Part shown: positions 36,455 through 46,623 of the stretch, in pieces
How positions within the stretch are numbered: the first letter of the stretch is position 1
Layout: each line of letters opens with the position of its first letter
IMG/VR virus record: IMGVR_UViG_3300042922_000850
Location: 64,001-128,000 of that record
DNA from: a virus
Strand: one strand, 5' to 3'
Length of the DNA: 64,000 bases
Translations under genes and position numbers: made by a program
Notes under the pieces: generated by a model
The model's input: the letters and a program-made list of their open reading frames with translations, nothing else
The model's database searches: none
Told to the model about the DNA's origin: nothing

Positions 36455-36770
36455 ACTGGTCGACAGGGTTAAATACCAAACGATAAAAAAGTTTACTTAT
36501 GATCAGATGCAAAATTTTTTAATAGACATTTATACAATAGGATATAAATCGGCTGTAGAACAAATTAATCCTTCGATTAAAAGCATTGATGAAAGCGCTG
36601 TGGAAAGGGCGATAAAGGAATTAATCCGGAAAGAGTTTGGCATAGGAGAAAAACGATATTCTGCTGCCGGCATGGAACAAAAGATTAAAGAAGCTCTGGA
36701 TGGTAGCTTTGAAGATTTAGACGTTGCTGAAATTAGTGTTAAACTTGATGAAAAGAGGCGAGAACTTTAG
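36438..36770 (+). CDS. hypothetical protein
   Basis: GGAGG RBS. Confidence 0.65.
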   Translation: MDKQNKLVDRVKYQTIKKFTYDQMQNFLIDIYTIGYKSAVEQINPSIKSIDESAVERAIKELIRKEFGIGEKRYSAAGMEQKIKEALDGSFEDLDVAEISVKLDEKRREL

Positions 36771-37175
36771 ATGGTATACACTACATATTTTGGGAGACTT
36801 AAAAAGATACCTGTTCTTTCAAGAAAAATTATTGTAGCAAGATACGTGCCACCACAGTTCAATCTGAAAGCTGCGGCAAATACATATCACTACCCGCAGC
36901 TTTCTCCATCAACATCTTTATTAAAATCATATAAAGATGGGTTATGCGATTGGGATACTTTTGCCGAGGAATACCGACAGGAAATGGAGAATCGCCCAGA
37001 CCTTATAAAATGTATCGATGCCATGGCAAAGTATATAAAAGAACATGGTGATGAAGATATTTTTTTAGTCTGTTATGAAAAGGATCCAAACTCTTGTCAT
37101 CGGTATCTGTTGGCGCTTCATTTAAAAGAAAAATATCAAATTGATTGTGAGGAGTGGAGAGATGGAAGTATTTAA
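36771..37175 (+). CDS. DUF488-like protein
   Basis: YTTYF, LSPS..LL, LVCYE...CHR. Confidence 0.8.
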   Translation: MVYTTYFGRLKKIPVLSRKIIVARYVPPQFNLKAAANTYHYPQLSPSTSLLKSYKDGLCDWDTFAEEYRQEMENRPDLIKCIDAMAKYIKEHGDEDIFLVCYEKDPNSCHRYLLALHLKEKYQIDCEEWRDGSI

Positions 37176-37452
37176 AATTGAAAAGGATTTAAGTTTTGAC
37201 CTTGAGTTCTGGCTTGAAAAGTTAGCTGTGAAATCAAATGACATCCTTTTAATGAAAACATCTAGTGAAATACCTGATGTTGTGACAAAAAATGTAGTAG
37301 AACAATTTGCCGCATTAGTACAGGGTGAAGAGAAATTCGAAGGCGTAAAGATGTTTATCATCCCAAGCTCAGGCATAGACATATCGTTGTTAACTGACCT
37401 GCAATTAGAAGAAATGGGATTAATGCGCATCCCAAAAAAGAAAAAGAAATAA
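37162..37452 (+). CDS. hypothetical protein
   Basis: Start reassigned. Confidence 0.6.
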   Translation: MEVFKIEKDLSFDLEFWLEKLAVKSNDILLMKTSSEIPDVVTKNVVEQFAALVQGEEKFEGVKMFIIPSSGIDISLLTDLQLEEMGLMRIPKKKKK

Positions 37453-37486
37453 CTTTAAAACATTAGCGAAAGTAGGCAAATCTATT

Positions 37487-37738
37487 ATGGCAAATATCAT
37501 TCAGTTTCCTACAAAGAAGATTAAAGTTAGTCTTGATATGATGCGTTTGATCGGGTCTCCAGTGCCACACCGGATAATTGTGGCGGCCATAGAATTAGAG
37601 TTAAAGAATTGCAATTGTTCTTATCGCGAGCAACATGATGATATAGCCAACGGAGGAACAAAATTAACTTGCATTGTTGATAAAATGCCAAGGGATAATG
37701 AGATGTTAGGGATACGTTGGGAAGTAATAGAAGAATAA
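37487..37738 (+). CDS. hypothetical protein
   Basis: ORF in operon. Confidence 0.6.
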   Translation: MANIIQFPTKKIKVSLDMMRLIGSPVPHRIIVAAIELELKNCNCSYREQHDDIANGGTKLTCIVDKMPRDNEMLGIRWEVIEE

Positions 37739-37749
37739 AGGAGGATCTT

Positions 37750-38097
37750 ATGCCAAGCTTTGATGAATTGGGAAGGCCAGGGAAGTGTGATGTATGTAGT
37801 AAGGAGGCAAATGTAGTTGTTCTCTCATCAAGTATGGGGCCAATAAGTTGGGCTTACTGCGAAAATTGTGCGACTAAAAGATTGGAACCATACGGCGGTA
37901 TGATAGCATATATTTCATCGTTAAATTACCCAGATGATGTTAATCCGGATTATGTAAAGGAAATCCGAAGAATATTAAAAGAATTGGGCAAAACAGAAGA
38001 GGAATTTATTGCAGACTGTAAAAAATCCAATGAGGAATATACGGAATATCTTAAAAATCAGTCGGAAGAACTTTGTGAAGAGAGTGAGGAAGAATAA
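37750..38097 (+). CDS. zinc-finger protein
   Basis: CDVC...CENC. Confidence 0.65.
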   Translation: MPSFDELGRPGKCDVCSKEANVVVLSSSMGPISWAYCENCATKRLEPYGGMIAYISSLNYPDDVNPDYVKEIRRILKELGKTEEEFIADCKKSNEEYTEYLKNQSEELCEESEEE

Positions 38098-38098
38098 C

Positions 38099-38650
38099 AT
38101 GAACCAAGAAGATTTTAGCATCAGCCAGTTTACAAGTAGCACCGCAGTTTATCTATTAAACGCGATAGCAGAAACCATTGAATTTGAAATGGGGGAGGAA
38201 GATGCTATCGATCATATAGTTGAAGCATTTAATAAGCTTGCAACAGTAATAGAGCGGAAAAACGTCAATATCTCTGATTTTCAGAACGATAACAACTTTA
38301 TATTGCAAACAGCAAAGGATCTAATAGTTTTAATTAATGATGAAAATCCATATGCAGTAATTAAAGAAAAATATAATAACTTAAGAGACGAATATATTAC
38401 AAGCTTCGGTAATTCTTTTATTTCAATGAACAGAAAAGACCTCGAAAATTTGGGATTTGCTTTCTGGCAACCATCAGAGCCTCTGATGTTAATACCAATC
38501 TGGGCTTATCGGCTGCTCCCGACAGACCTAGAGCTTACGTCAATTAATGGGGACAAGGCAATTGCGTTTAATCCAATTATTCGGGTTGACCGTAGTTCAG
38601 ATATTCGATTTGGTCATCTTGGATGGGGATTTTACTTAAGAAAGGAGTAA
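38099..38650 (+). CDS. hypothetical protein
   Basis: Start reassigned after GAGGA. Confidence 0.65.
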   Translation: MNQEDFSISQFTSSTAVYLLNAIAETIEFEMGEEDAIDHIVEAFNKLATVIERKNVNISDFQNDNNFILQTAKDLIVLINDENPYAVIKEKYNNLRDEYITSFGNSFISMNRKDLENLGFAFWQPSEPLMLIPIWAYRLLPTDLELTSINGDKAIAFNPIIRVDRSSDIRFGHLGWGFYLRKE

Positions 38651-38653
38651 ACA

Positions 38654-39178
38654 ATGTTTGGTAGAGTACTGTGGTTCGACGATAATAAAGGATATGGATT
38701 TATAGGTTCCTCGGATGCAAGCTGCGATATTAAGGAGGACATCTTCTTTCATTACAGCGAGATAAAAACGGAAGAATCATTCAAAACACTTATGTATGGA
38801 CAACCTGTAGAATTTGACATGCAAACTACGGGGACAGCAAAGGATCGTGTTATCGCGGTTAATATAAAGCCAATGCCATTTATTAACGAGAATACGAATA
38901 AGCCATTTCTATTGACAAGCTTTGTTGAATTTACAGATGAATCACCTTTAGGCTGCACCTTGCAAGAGTTTCAAACAGTTATTGGTTCCAAGGAGAAGAA
39001 GGGTATTAAACATATCTTTTCCTATCCGAGCTCCGGAATGCTCTTAGGACTTAGTCGTCCTGCCTCAGATTTTAATGGTCAGGAATTGAGCCGGATAGCA
39101 GAAACTATTCTTGATAACCGGTATAGGAAGATCATAGAAACAGGAGACTGGCTTAGTTACGATATATTACAAGTATAA
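38654..39178 (+). CDS. cold-shock domain protein with C-terminal extension
   Basis: GRVLWFDDNKGYGFI (RNP1), DIFFHYSEI (RNP2). Confidence 0.85.
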   Translation: MFGRVLWFDDNKGYGFIGSSDASCDIKEDIFFHYSEIKTEESFKTLMYGQPVEFDMQTTGTAKDRVIAVNIKPMPFINENTNKPFLLTSFVEFTDESPLGCTLQEFQTVIGSKEKKGIKHIFSYPSSGMLLGLSRPASDFNGQELSRIAETILDNRYRKIIETGDWLSYDILQV

Positions 39179-39190
39179 GGTGGGTGTTTT

Positions 39191-39625
39191 ATGGACCGAA
39201 GAGAGATATTAACTAATAAGGCAATTTGCGTTTGCGTAGAAGCGCGAAAAGCTGTCGAGCGGCAAACCGTTAAAATGGGATCAGCTAACGAAAAAAGACA
39301 AAAGGGCATAATAGGTTTGATTTTTGACACGGAAAGTATTTTGAAAAAATCTCATATTGAAAGAAACACGACAGTTTCGCTAGAATATCTGGAAAAGGGT
39401 CTAAATAATATATGCCTAATTGATTTAAAAATGAAGGGGATGAAAAATATTTATAGCCCTGTGCGCGAGATATTCCCGGAGATTGTTAAATGTACCGTCA
39501 AACTTGCCCACGACGCAGACAATGCGGGCAGCGTAGACGATGTGAACGGTATTTTCATTCCCTTCCCTTCTCCGGAACAATTTGCTAACCTTGCAAGACA
39601 GCTATTTTCAAGAGGAGGTGAGTAA
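39191..39625 (+). CDS. hypothetical protein
   Basis: ORF in operon. Confidence 0.6.
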   Translation: MDRREILTNKAICVCVEARKAVERQTVKMGSANEKRQKGIIGLIFDTESILKKSHIERNTTVSLEYLEKGLNNICLIDLKMKGMKNIYSPVREIFPEIVKCTVKLAHDADNAGSVDDVNGIFIPFPSPEQFANLARQLFSRGGE

Positions 39626-39829
39626 ATGGATTATTATCAGGAAAAATACGAAACACTATTACGCGATTATAAGAAGCTACAAAGGAAATGCGACGATTTA
39701 GAGGAGAATAATCGGAAACTGTATGACCAGTTAGATAGTGCAAATTTCCGAATAAGACAAGAATTGGAGCCCAGAATAAAACGCGAAGGAAGAAGATATG
39801 ATGCGTGGGTAACTGATCCAGAAAGATAG
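39626..39829 (+). CDS. small coiled-coil protein
   Basis: GGAGG RBS. Confidence 0.6.
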   Translation: MDYYQEKYETLLRDYKKLQRKCDDLEENNRKLYDQLDSANFRIRQELEPRIKREGRRYDAWVTDPER

Positions 39830-39854
39830 GAAATAAGTTTAATTTGAAAGGAGG

Positions 39855-40130
39855 ATGTTTATGTTATTAAAGCAAGTCGTTAAAGATATAGGAGTCGAGG
39901 TAGAGAGTCATTATATCAGTACACGTAGGATATTTGATATTAACTTTATCAATTCTGATTTATATCAAATATTTAATATTAGCTTTATCAATTCTGATGG
40001 AGACAATGACGAAACTCAGTTTGAGGCACAAAACATCGATGAGTTAGATGCGCTGTATACCGAGTTTTGTAAAGAGAATGGGTTTAAAACTGACACAGTG
40101 TATGGTATAACCATCGTTGCGCCAGATTAA
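39855..40130 (+). CDS. hypothetical protein
   Basis: ORF with internal IF(D/N)I(N/S)FINSD duplication. Confidence 0.6.
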   Translation: MFMLLKQVVKDIGVEVESHYISTRRIFDINFINSDLYQIFNISFINSDGDNDETQFEAQNIDELDALYTEFCKENGFKTDTVYGITIVAPD

Positions 40131-40149
40131 AATTAATGGAGGAAAGAAT

Positions 40150-40428
40150 ATGAAAATGAATGTTATTTTTAAATGTGGGGGAGTAATGGTAAACAAACAT
40201 TCTGATGGCGGTAAACACAATGGGTGGAATAATCCATTTGGGGAAAATTTGCCGGCTGTAGGAGATTATATTGAACTTGGAGAGCACACAGAAAAATTTA
40301 CTCATTTAGAATATACCCCAATGAAAAGATATATTGTAAAATCAAGGGCATTTTCTGCCATTGAAGATAGCAATAATCTTTATTCTTCGCCAACCTGTGT
40401 AATTGAATTGGAGGAAGTGTCTAAGTAA
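40150..40428 (+). CDS. hypothetical protein
   Basis: Start reassigned after GGAGG. Confidence 0.6.
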   Translation: MKMNVIFKCGGVMVNKHSDGGKHNGWNNPFGENLPAVGDYIELGEHTEKFTHLEYTPMKRYIVKSRAFSAIEDSNNLYSSPTCVIELEEVSK

Positions 40429-40461
40429 CCATTTCTATAAACAAAGACTTCGTGAGGTAAA

Positions 40462-40839
40462 ATGATGATCAGATGTAGTAACTCGGCTCTTTTACGAACA
40501 AACTGTTGTGTGGAGTGTGCGGCTCAAAACTTAGAGGACGAACGATGTTCCTGTATTATTGCAGAGGAGTTAGGATTTGATAAATGGAAAATTGTAAAGT
40601 ACTGCAAGTATGCGGTTTTAATAAGAGGATGGAGAGCAAGTAGCGAAGTTCATTTCGGTGACAAAGAACAGAAATTCGATGATAAAGAACAGAAAGTGGG
40701 TGGCAAAATTCGTTTTAACGGCGAAGAACATGAAGTGGAAGTAGAGATAAAGGACGACCAGTTATTTATTCACTTCTCGGAGGGTGCTAACACATCAAAT
40801 TGGTATCACGCCGTATATATTGACCACAAACGCAGCTAA
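40462..40839 (+). CDS. hypothetical protein, Cys-rich N-terminus
   Basis: ORF. Confidence 0.6.
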   Translation: MMIRCSNSALLRTNCCVECAAQNLEDERCSCIIAEELGFDKWKIVKYCKYAVLIRGWRASSEVHFGDKEQKFDDKEQKVGGKIRFNGEEHEVEVEIKDDQLFIHFSEGANTSNWYHAVYIDHKRS

Positions 40840-41234
40840 TGTTAAGAAAGGATGATAGTAGCATGTCAATTGCAAAGAAGGACAGATTTATAAACACAAA
40901 TTTAAGACTAGCTCTTACATTCCAAGGCAGAGAAGTTTCCTTCCCTCCAGAAGCTTTTTATTATGAAGGGAATGAATATATTATTCTCGGGAAATCAAAC
41001 AAGGATGACCTAATCCCTATTAATGTGACGGACATCGAAATGCAAAAGATTGTTACGATGGGAGAGTTAGGGCAATATATCTGCACAAACATCGCAGGAG
41101 ATATATTTGATGCTTGTATATATAGAGGAGAAGATGGTGAGCACGCCTTCCTGCTTGCAATCCGAACAAGAGAGAAACCGGAGAAACAAAAGGGCGCACA
41201 AACCACAACAGGAAAGACGGAGGATGGAGAATAA
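40839..41234 (+). CDS. hypothetical protein
   Basis: TAATG coupling. Confidence 0.6.
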   Translation: MLRKDDSSMSIAKKDRFINTNLRLALTFQGREVSFPPEAFYYEGNEYIILGKSNKDDLIPINVTDIEMQKIVTMGELGQYICTNIAGDIFDACIYRGEDGEHAFLLAIRTREKPEKQKGAQTTTGKTEDGE

Positions 41235-42253
41235 TGAAATTAATGTATTTTACGGACCCACATGTACGTGTGAAATCTCCCCTATATCGATTAGATGATT
41301 ACGGGGAACGTATTCTCAAGAAACTTAATTACGTGGCGCAATTGGGCCATGAACACAACGTAGACGGATATATCTGTGGCGGTGATATACTTGACCGCCC
41401 GGATATACCATATTCAATGATGGCGAAACTCATATCTGTTCTAATAAAATTTGAAAAGCCAATTTATACCGTTATTGGAAATCATGAGGAATTCGGATAC
41501 AACCCAAATTCACACCCACGTACAGCATTATCTATTGTGACAGCGTCAGGGTTGCTTACAAGACTTTCAATGAACAACCCCATCATTCTTACGGACGCTC
41601 TGGGAAACAAAGTGTCTTTAACCGGATGCGACGCACATTCCGAACTTGATAAGTATGGCAGAGTATCTGATTATGTAGATATACCAGAGGTTACAAACGC
41701 AGTAAGAATTCATGTTGTGCATGGGTTCCTGGCGAAGCGCCCATGGCCTCAAGTGCCTGTCACCACAATCGACGATATTTTACACACAAAAGCACATCTT
41801 GTTCTTTCTGGCCACGAACACAGCGGTTTCGGAGTAGTCAGAAAGGGCGGGAAAGTGTTTTGTAATCCGGGTGCACTTGGTCGTGTAACTGCGTCGGTAG
41901 GTGATGTAAATTTGGATGTTAAAGTTGCTTTGATTGATACAGGAGTAGCTGTTGATAGTGACGGAATTAATATCGACCTTCTTAAATTCCCTATTGAAAT
42001 TGCTCCTCCGGCAAACGAGGTTATTGATCGCGAGAAACTTGAATTGGAAAAAGAGCATAAACAAGCGCAGGCTGCATTCGTGGCATCTGCAAAAGAAGCA
42101 ATCAAGAAATTTAATTTTGAAGAGGGATTTAACCTTTATTCAATGCTTGATTTCCTTATCCTTGAAGATGAAATTCCGGAAGAAGTACAGAAACTCATGA
42201 GATATTATATTGAGAAGGCAGAGGAAGAATTATCGAAAGGCGGCGGAGAATAA
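41234..42253 (+). CDS. sbcD: SbcD/Mre11-like metallophosphoesterase nuclease
   Basis: TDPH, GGDILD, GNHE, HG, SGHEH, NPG motifs. Confidence 0.85.
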   Translation: MKLMYFTDPHVRVKSPLYRLDDYGERILKKLNYVAQLGHEHNVDGYICGGDILDRPDIPYSMMAKLISVLIKFEKPIYTVIGNHEEFGYNPNSHPRTALSIVTASGLLTRLSMNNPIILTDALGNKVSLTGCDAHSELDKYGRVSDYVDIPEVTNAVRIHVVHGFLAKRPWPQVPVTTIDDILHTKAHLVLSGHEHSGFGVVRKGGKVFCNPGALGRVTASVGDVNLDVKVALIDTGVAVDSDGINIDLLKFPIEIAPPANEVIDREKLELEKEHKQAQAAFVASAKEAIKKFNFEEGFNLYSMLDFLILEDEIPEEVQKLMRYYIEKAEEELSKGGGE

Positions 42254-42259
42254 TACCTC

Positions 42260-42439
42260 ATGGATGAAAAATTAAAGCAAAAATTAAAAGACCACATCGA
42301 CAGTCTTAAGCCAAAGGAAATAGCAGAAATTAAATATTCTGAGTGCGGGATTTGTTTAGACCCAAAAGAATGCGGGAAAACAACTTTGGAAAACTGCAAA
42401 AGAAAGTTAAGAAAACATCTGAAAGATGGTTTATCATAA
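42260..42439 (+). CDS. small hypothetical protein (59 aa, not in ORF track)
   Basis: GGAG RBS; CGIC..C..C. Confidence 0.5.
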   Translation: MDEKLKQKLKDHIDSLKPKEIAEIKYSECGICLDPKECGKTTLENCKRKLRKHLKDGLS

Positions 42440-42510
42440 TTTGTTATCGTGCTTTATTTTGTTGCAGAGCTCTGCATACAGTGCGATAATAAATTAATGG
42501 AGGTGCAGAT

Positions 42511-43035
42511 ATGAAAGCAGATAAAGAATTAACATTGGAAGAGATAGGGGGAGGAATAGCTCAGCTTATAACCGACACTATTAATAAAAACCCTTCAGTT
42601 AATGTCCGTAATGATTCCGAGGGCAGGGATATTTTGAAAAATCGGATACTTGAATTTGCGGAAGAATTTATAAAAGTCGACCCTTTGCTTAAGATTGATA
42701 ATGAAACACACACAATTTATATTTACGATATTTTTGACATGAATATCTTAACAAGAGCTCCTCTCACTTATCCTGAAATTAAAATGAACTGCGAGTATAA
42801 AGTTATAGCAGAAGATGATAAGGTGTTTGGGACAATAGTTTGGGAACGTGAAGAGAAGGAGTGTAGCTTTACCTTTACCACATGTTACACTCCTTCTCAG
42901 ACGCTAGAGTATATTTCACTAGCAATAAATGTGAAAGGAGGTGAAGAGCAACATGATGGAGAAATATGGAACAGATATGGAGAATCTTCCATTGACGGAC
43001 GATCAGTACCGTCAATTGATGAGATTAGCTTCTGA
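42511..43035 (+). CDS. hypothetical protein
   Basis: GGAGGTG RBS. Confidence 0.65.
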   Translation: MKADKELTLEEIGGGIAQLITDTINKNPSVNVRNDSEGRDILKNRILEFAEEFIKVDPLLKIDNETHTIYIYDIFDMNILTRAPLTYPEIKMNCEYKVIAEDDKVFGTIVWEREEKECSFTFTTCYTPSQTLEYISLAINVKGGEEQHDGEIWNRYGESSIDGRSVPSIDEISF

Positions 43036-43126
43036 TAATCCGCAGGAAGAATTTAAAATGCCTACAAATCGTAAGGCCGCAGATGAATTAATTGAAAAGT
43101 TGGCAGGTGAAGCATATGAGAGATAA
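42953..43126 (+). CDS. small hypothetical protein
   Basis: AAAGGAGGTG RBS; overlaps the upstream ORF. Confidence 0.55.
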   Translation: MMEKYGTDMENLPLTDDQYRQLMRLASDNPQEEFKMPTNRKAADELIEKLAGEAYER

Positions 43127-43436
43127 GCAAGAATATAATTTAGATCAATTTAATCTTTCAGCATTTGATGAAGTGGCCAGTGAAACAAACCATTCAATAG
43201 AAGATGGATTAGATCCAATTACACATGCACAACAGATGACTGTCTACTCTCTATTTGGGCAGCTGGGACTGGATAAAACTGATTTTAAAATTGAGAAAGT
43301 AAGCAAGATGACAAAAGCTCAGGCCATGGACTTAATAGATCAGTTGATTAAAATGCAGGAAGAAAAAGAAGAAAGAGATGCTGAGGATGACTTTGAAGAT
43401 TACTATGGAGAAATTGGAGAGGACTTAAAATTTTAA
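43116..43436 (+). CDS. acidic hypothetical protein
   Basis: Start reassigned after AGGTG. Confidence 0.6.
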   Translation: MRDKQEYNLDQFNLSAFDEVASETNHSIEDGLDPITHAQQMTVYSLFGQLGLDKTDFKIEKVSKMTKAQAMDLIDQLIKMQEEKEERDAEDDFEDYYGEIGEDLKF

Positions 43437-43457
43437 ATGACGAGGGGGGTAAGACCA

Positions 43458-44366
43458 ATGGACATCGCTACATTGTCGACTGTGAAGGAAGGGTCAAAAA
43501 TTGATATCCGTGCCATGATCACAGATAAGAAGACATTATTAAAAACAAATAAAGAAAGTTATCTTTCTTTAGACATTCAGGATGCTACAGGTAAAATAAA
43601 CTTTCCTATATGGGATAATATCGCTACATTGGATAGCGCATTGGAAGTCGGGACACTTGTGGATATTGCCGATGCAATCCTCGGTTCATGGAATGGCGCT
43701 ATCCAGCTGAAAAATCCCAGGTTCCACGTTTTAACAGAAGAGGAGTTAGAGACGGTAGACATCAATCAATTTATCCCATCTTATAATATTCCTCCGGAAC
43801 TGATAGATTATATGGAGCAAACGATTACAAATATGGATGAACCGTATAAAACAATTGCAACCTGCGCCACAGGAGCGTTGGGCTATAATACTCAGCGATG
43901 GAAGGCATTTACTGAATGTGTTGCAGCGGAAAAGCATCACGGAAATAAGCGCGGCGGCTTATTTCTACATACTTACGGTGTTCTCATTAATTCGGAGAGC
44001 GTTATAAATGCATATGTAACAAAACCATTCTTTTGTGACGCAAAAGAAGTTATCAATCCGTCTCGCCTGCGTTTAAAAGCAATTCTCCACGATATCAAAA
44101 AAGTGGATGAATACGAGTACCAAACAAATATCCGAAGAAAACCGGGCAGACCTCTCGGACACATTTATGATGGGGTAAGTTATCTAAGCGAAATCAATAA
44201 AGAAGCTGGATACGTTTTGTCCAAAGAAGAAGAGAATGATATTGCATGGTCAATCTTAACACATCACGGTCAATATGGACCTGCTAATCCTGAGACTTTA
44301 GAGGAATGGATATTACACTTGTCAGATATGATAGATAGCAGGGTTGTAGGATCTGTGGAAAAATAA
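43458..44366 (+). CDS. YhaM/Cbf1-like OB-fold plus HD 3'-5' exonuclease
   Basis: YLSLDIQDATGKI..PIW; KHH...GGLFLHT; LHDIKK; GH; ILTHHG; DMIDSR. Confidence 0.85.
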   Translation: MDIATLSTVKEGSKIDIRAMITDKKTLLKTNKESYLSLDIQDATGKINFPIWDNIATLDSALEVGTLVDIADAILGSWNGAIQLKNPRFHVLTEEELETVDINQFIPSYNIPPELIDYMEQTITNMDEPYKTIATCATGALGYNTQRWKAFTECVAAEKHHGNKRGGLFLHTYGVLINSESVINAYVTKPFFCDAKEVINPSRLRLKAILHDIKKVDEYEYQTNIRRKPGRPLGHIYDGVSYLSEINKEAGYVLSKEEENDIAWSILTHHGQYGPANPETLEEWILHLSDMIDSRVVGSVEK

Positions 44367-44373
44367 TAATATC

Positions 44374-44415
44374 GTATAAGAAATAAAAGAGGATGAACAA
44401 TATCCTCTTTTATTT
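44374..44415 (+). promoter_or_regulatory. class I motif followed by hairpin
   Basis: GTATAAGAAATAAAAGAGGAT...ATCCTCTTTTATTT. Confidence 0.65.
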
Positions 44416-44441
44416 TATTTAATTAAAAGGAGGATATAAAA

Positions 44442-44951
44442 ATGGAACGAGTTATTTTAAATAGGCTCAGGGAAGAATTAAAGAGCCTATCAGTAAAGGA
44501 AAGAGAAGAGTATGCACAGGAGTTGGGAATTATTTTGGCAGAAAGACCCGTCGCTCGGATTGAAACATTGGCAGCGGAAGAGGAAGTAAGTAAAGAAATA
44601 TCGATCTTTGAGATCAAAGAACTGTTGAGAAAGTTTGGTATGCCAACCAATATCAAGGGTTATACTTTCGTTGCAGATGCGATCAACCTCTGTCTTACTG
44701 ATCCATCTTCCAGTGCAGCGTGGGTGAAGTGTATTTATATAGACGTTGCCTTAAAGAATGACACCACGCCTTCTCGTGCAGAAAGAGCGATGCGTCATGC
44801 AATTGAAATGGTCTGTAATCGTGCTCGAAATGACGGACTATTATATGAAATATTTGAAGCGGAAATGGATTCCGAGGGCGGCAAAGTTTGCAATAGCCGT
44901 TTTGTCTCAGGTCTCGTAGAATATCTTAAAGAAAAGCACTCTATTCAATAA
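44442..44951 (+). CDS. Spo0A C-terminal effector-domain protein without receiver domain
   Basis: GMPTNIKGY..., TTPSRAERAMRHAIE, NSRFV. Confidence 0.9.
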   Translation: MERVILNRLREELKSLSVKEREEYAQELGIILAERPVARIETLAAEEEVSKEISIFEIKELLRKFGMPTNIKGYTFVADAINLCLTDPSSSAAWVKCIYIDVALKNDTTPSRAERAMRHAIEMVCNRARNDGLLYEIFEAEMDSEGGKVCNSRFVSGLVEYLKEKHSIQ

Positions 44952-44982
44952 AAAATAACTTTAAAATGTGGAGGTAATTTAT

Positions 44983-46098
44983 ATGAGTTTCGATGCAAGG
45001 GAAACCAACAAGAATAACGTCATAGCAAAATTATTAGGCGAAAATGGAACAAGTAGTAAACTACTACAATTCACTCAAGATAATCCGGGAGAAAGAATAG
45101 GCAATTTTAACAATTTAAGGGATATGGCGTATGATATTCATAAGAACAGCAAGGATTATACGGTAGCCTTAAAGGATATGGTAGCTTACTCAGAGATGCG
45201 CGATGATATTGAAAATCTGTATTTGGGTGTAGACTTACCGGAGAAATATTTTGATAGTAAGTTCCTGTTTAGCAACAACGGTTTATCTGGAATTTGCGGA
45301 CAATTAGATATTCCTGCTGCATACATAAGGAAATGTTTAGAAGAAAATGTTACAGAGCATGCAGCTCACACTCTTAATTATTGGATAAGCCGCGCAAAGA
45401 ACAGTGCAAAAGAGATGCTCCTTCGCACCACTTCGTCCCGTATTCATGGCGTACTATCAAGTAAATATTCTGTTTTTGATGATCATGAAGTATTTGATAT
45501 AACGGAAGGTATCCTTGGTCAGCGCAACAATTACGAGGTAAAAAACTATCACCTAGACCCTGAGTTCATGAAGCTTCGTATCGTATCTAGAGATAAAGTT
45601 AATATCAACGGCAGACCACTAAGCTTCGGTTTTGATATTAATAATTCTAGAGTGGGTAGAAGTTCGTTAGAATTGAGCGTAATTATCTTCGACCATATCT
45701 GTCGTAACGGAATGATCATGGGTGGCGGCGCAGGTTTATTTTATAATAAGAGACATGTCGGCATAAGCAGAGAGACTTTCGTTACAGAGTTTACCGACAT
45801 GCTAGACAATGCCCCTGACACAGTCGCTTTTATCCAAAAGGCTATAAATTCGGCAGGCAATGAAAAATTAAACAGTGAGACAATTCAGCGTTATCTGGAT
45901 AAGTTTAAGGCCGAGAATATGTCTAAGAATATCAGCGGCAGGGTAGAACAAATGTTTGCCGAAAAATACGATAACAATTTATTCGGATTTGTAGGTGCGG
46001 TAACAGAGGTTGCACAGGACTACAATTTAGAAGTCAGAGAACGAATGGAAAAATTCGCAGGCACATTAATATATCAGTCCGGTAGAAAAATCTCTTAA
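44983..46098 (+). CDS. DUF932-like protein
   Basis: GVLSSKYS.FD, GFDINNSRVG, ICRNG, RH. Confidence 0.75.
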   Translation: MSFDARETNKNNVIAKLLGENGTSSKLLQFTQDNPGERIGNFNNLRDMAYDIHKNSKDYTVALKDMVAYSEMRDDIENLYLGVDLPEKYFDSKFLFSNNGLSGICGQLDIPAAYIRKCLEENVTEHAAHTLNYWISRAKNSAKEMLLRTTSSRIHGVLSSKYSVFDDHEVFDITEGILGQRNNYEVKNYHLDPEFMKLRIVSRDKVNINGRPLSFGFDINNSRVGRSSLELSVIIFDHICRNGMIMGGGAGLFYNKRHVGISRETFVTEFTDMLDNAPDTVAFIQKAINSAGNEKLNSETIQRYLDKFKAENMSKNISGRVEQMFAEKYDNNLFGFVGAVTEVAQDYNLEVRERMEKFAGTLIYQSGRKIS

Positions 46099-46113
46099 AA
46101 CTAAATATTATTT

Positions 46114-46143
46114 CTTCTGACGGGTAATTTTACCCGTCAGAAG
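46114..46143. terminator. hairpin
   Basis: CTTCTGACGGGTAA-TT-TTACCCGTCAGAAG. Confidence 0.7.
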
Positions 46144-46154
46144 TCGTCATAACC

Positions 46155-46168
46155 GTGCTATAATAAAA
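46155..46168 (+). promoter_or_regulatory. class II extended -10 (GTGCTATAATAAAA)
   Basis: Heads the replication operon. Confidence 0.55.
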
Positions 46169-46199
46169 TCTCATTAAAAGTTAGGAAGGAGAAAGATTT

Positions 46200-46607
46200 A
46201 TGTCTAAATTGGTAAGCGCTAAATGCAAAAAATGCGGGAACTATCTTAATTTTGATATTGGAAATATGGATAAAGAAGAAGCTGAGAACTCGCTTAAAGC
46301 AATCCGCAGTTGGCAATGTTCTGCCGGCAATCATGTAGAATTGATGTCACCCTTTGATTTATACGAATTTGATTGGGATAATATCACAGAGAACGAACCC
46401 GTAACAGAAGAACAGTTTCAAGCAGATTTAAAAGAAAAGTTTAAGGAAGTATATTCTTCTGACGAATTTGGAGAAGCATATAGTATTGATAGCTTTGCTT
46501 TAGGGAAGTGCCTTTGCCACCCTCGCAATGGTGACGAGGATAGTATGATCATCTTTGACTTTATTCACGGACCAAGCGGAAAGAGATATTATATATCCAT
46601 GTTATAG
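46200..46607 (+). CDS. hypothetical zinc-binding protein
   Basis: CKKC...CSAGNH. Confidence 0.65.
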   Translation: MSKLVSAKCKKCGNYLNFDIGNMDKEEAENSLKAIRSWQCSAGNHVELMSPFDLYEFDWDNITENEPVTEEQFQADLKEKFKEVYSSDEFGEAYSIDSFALGKCLCHPRNGDEDSMIIFDFIHGPSGKRYYISML

Positions 46608-46623
46608 AAAGGAAACCTCAATT

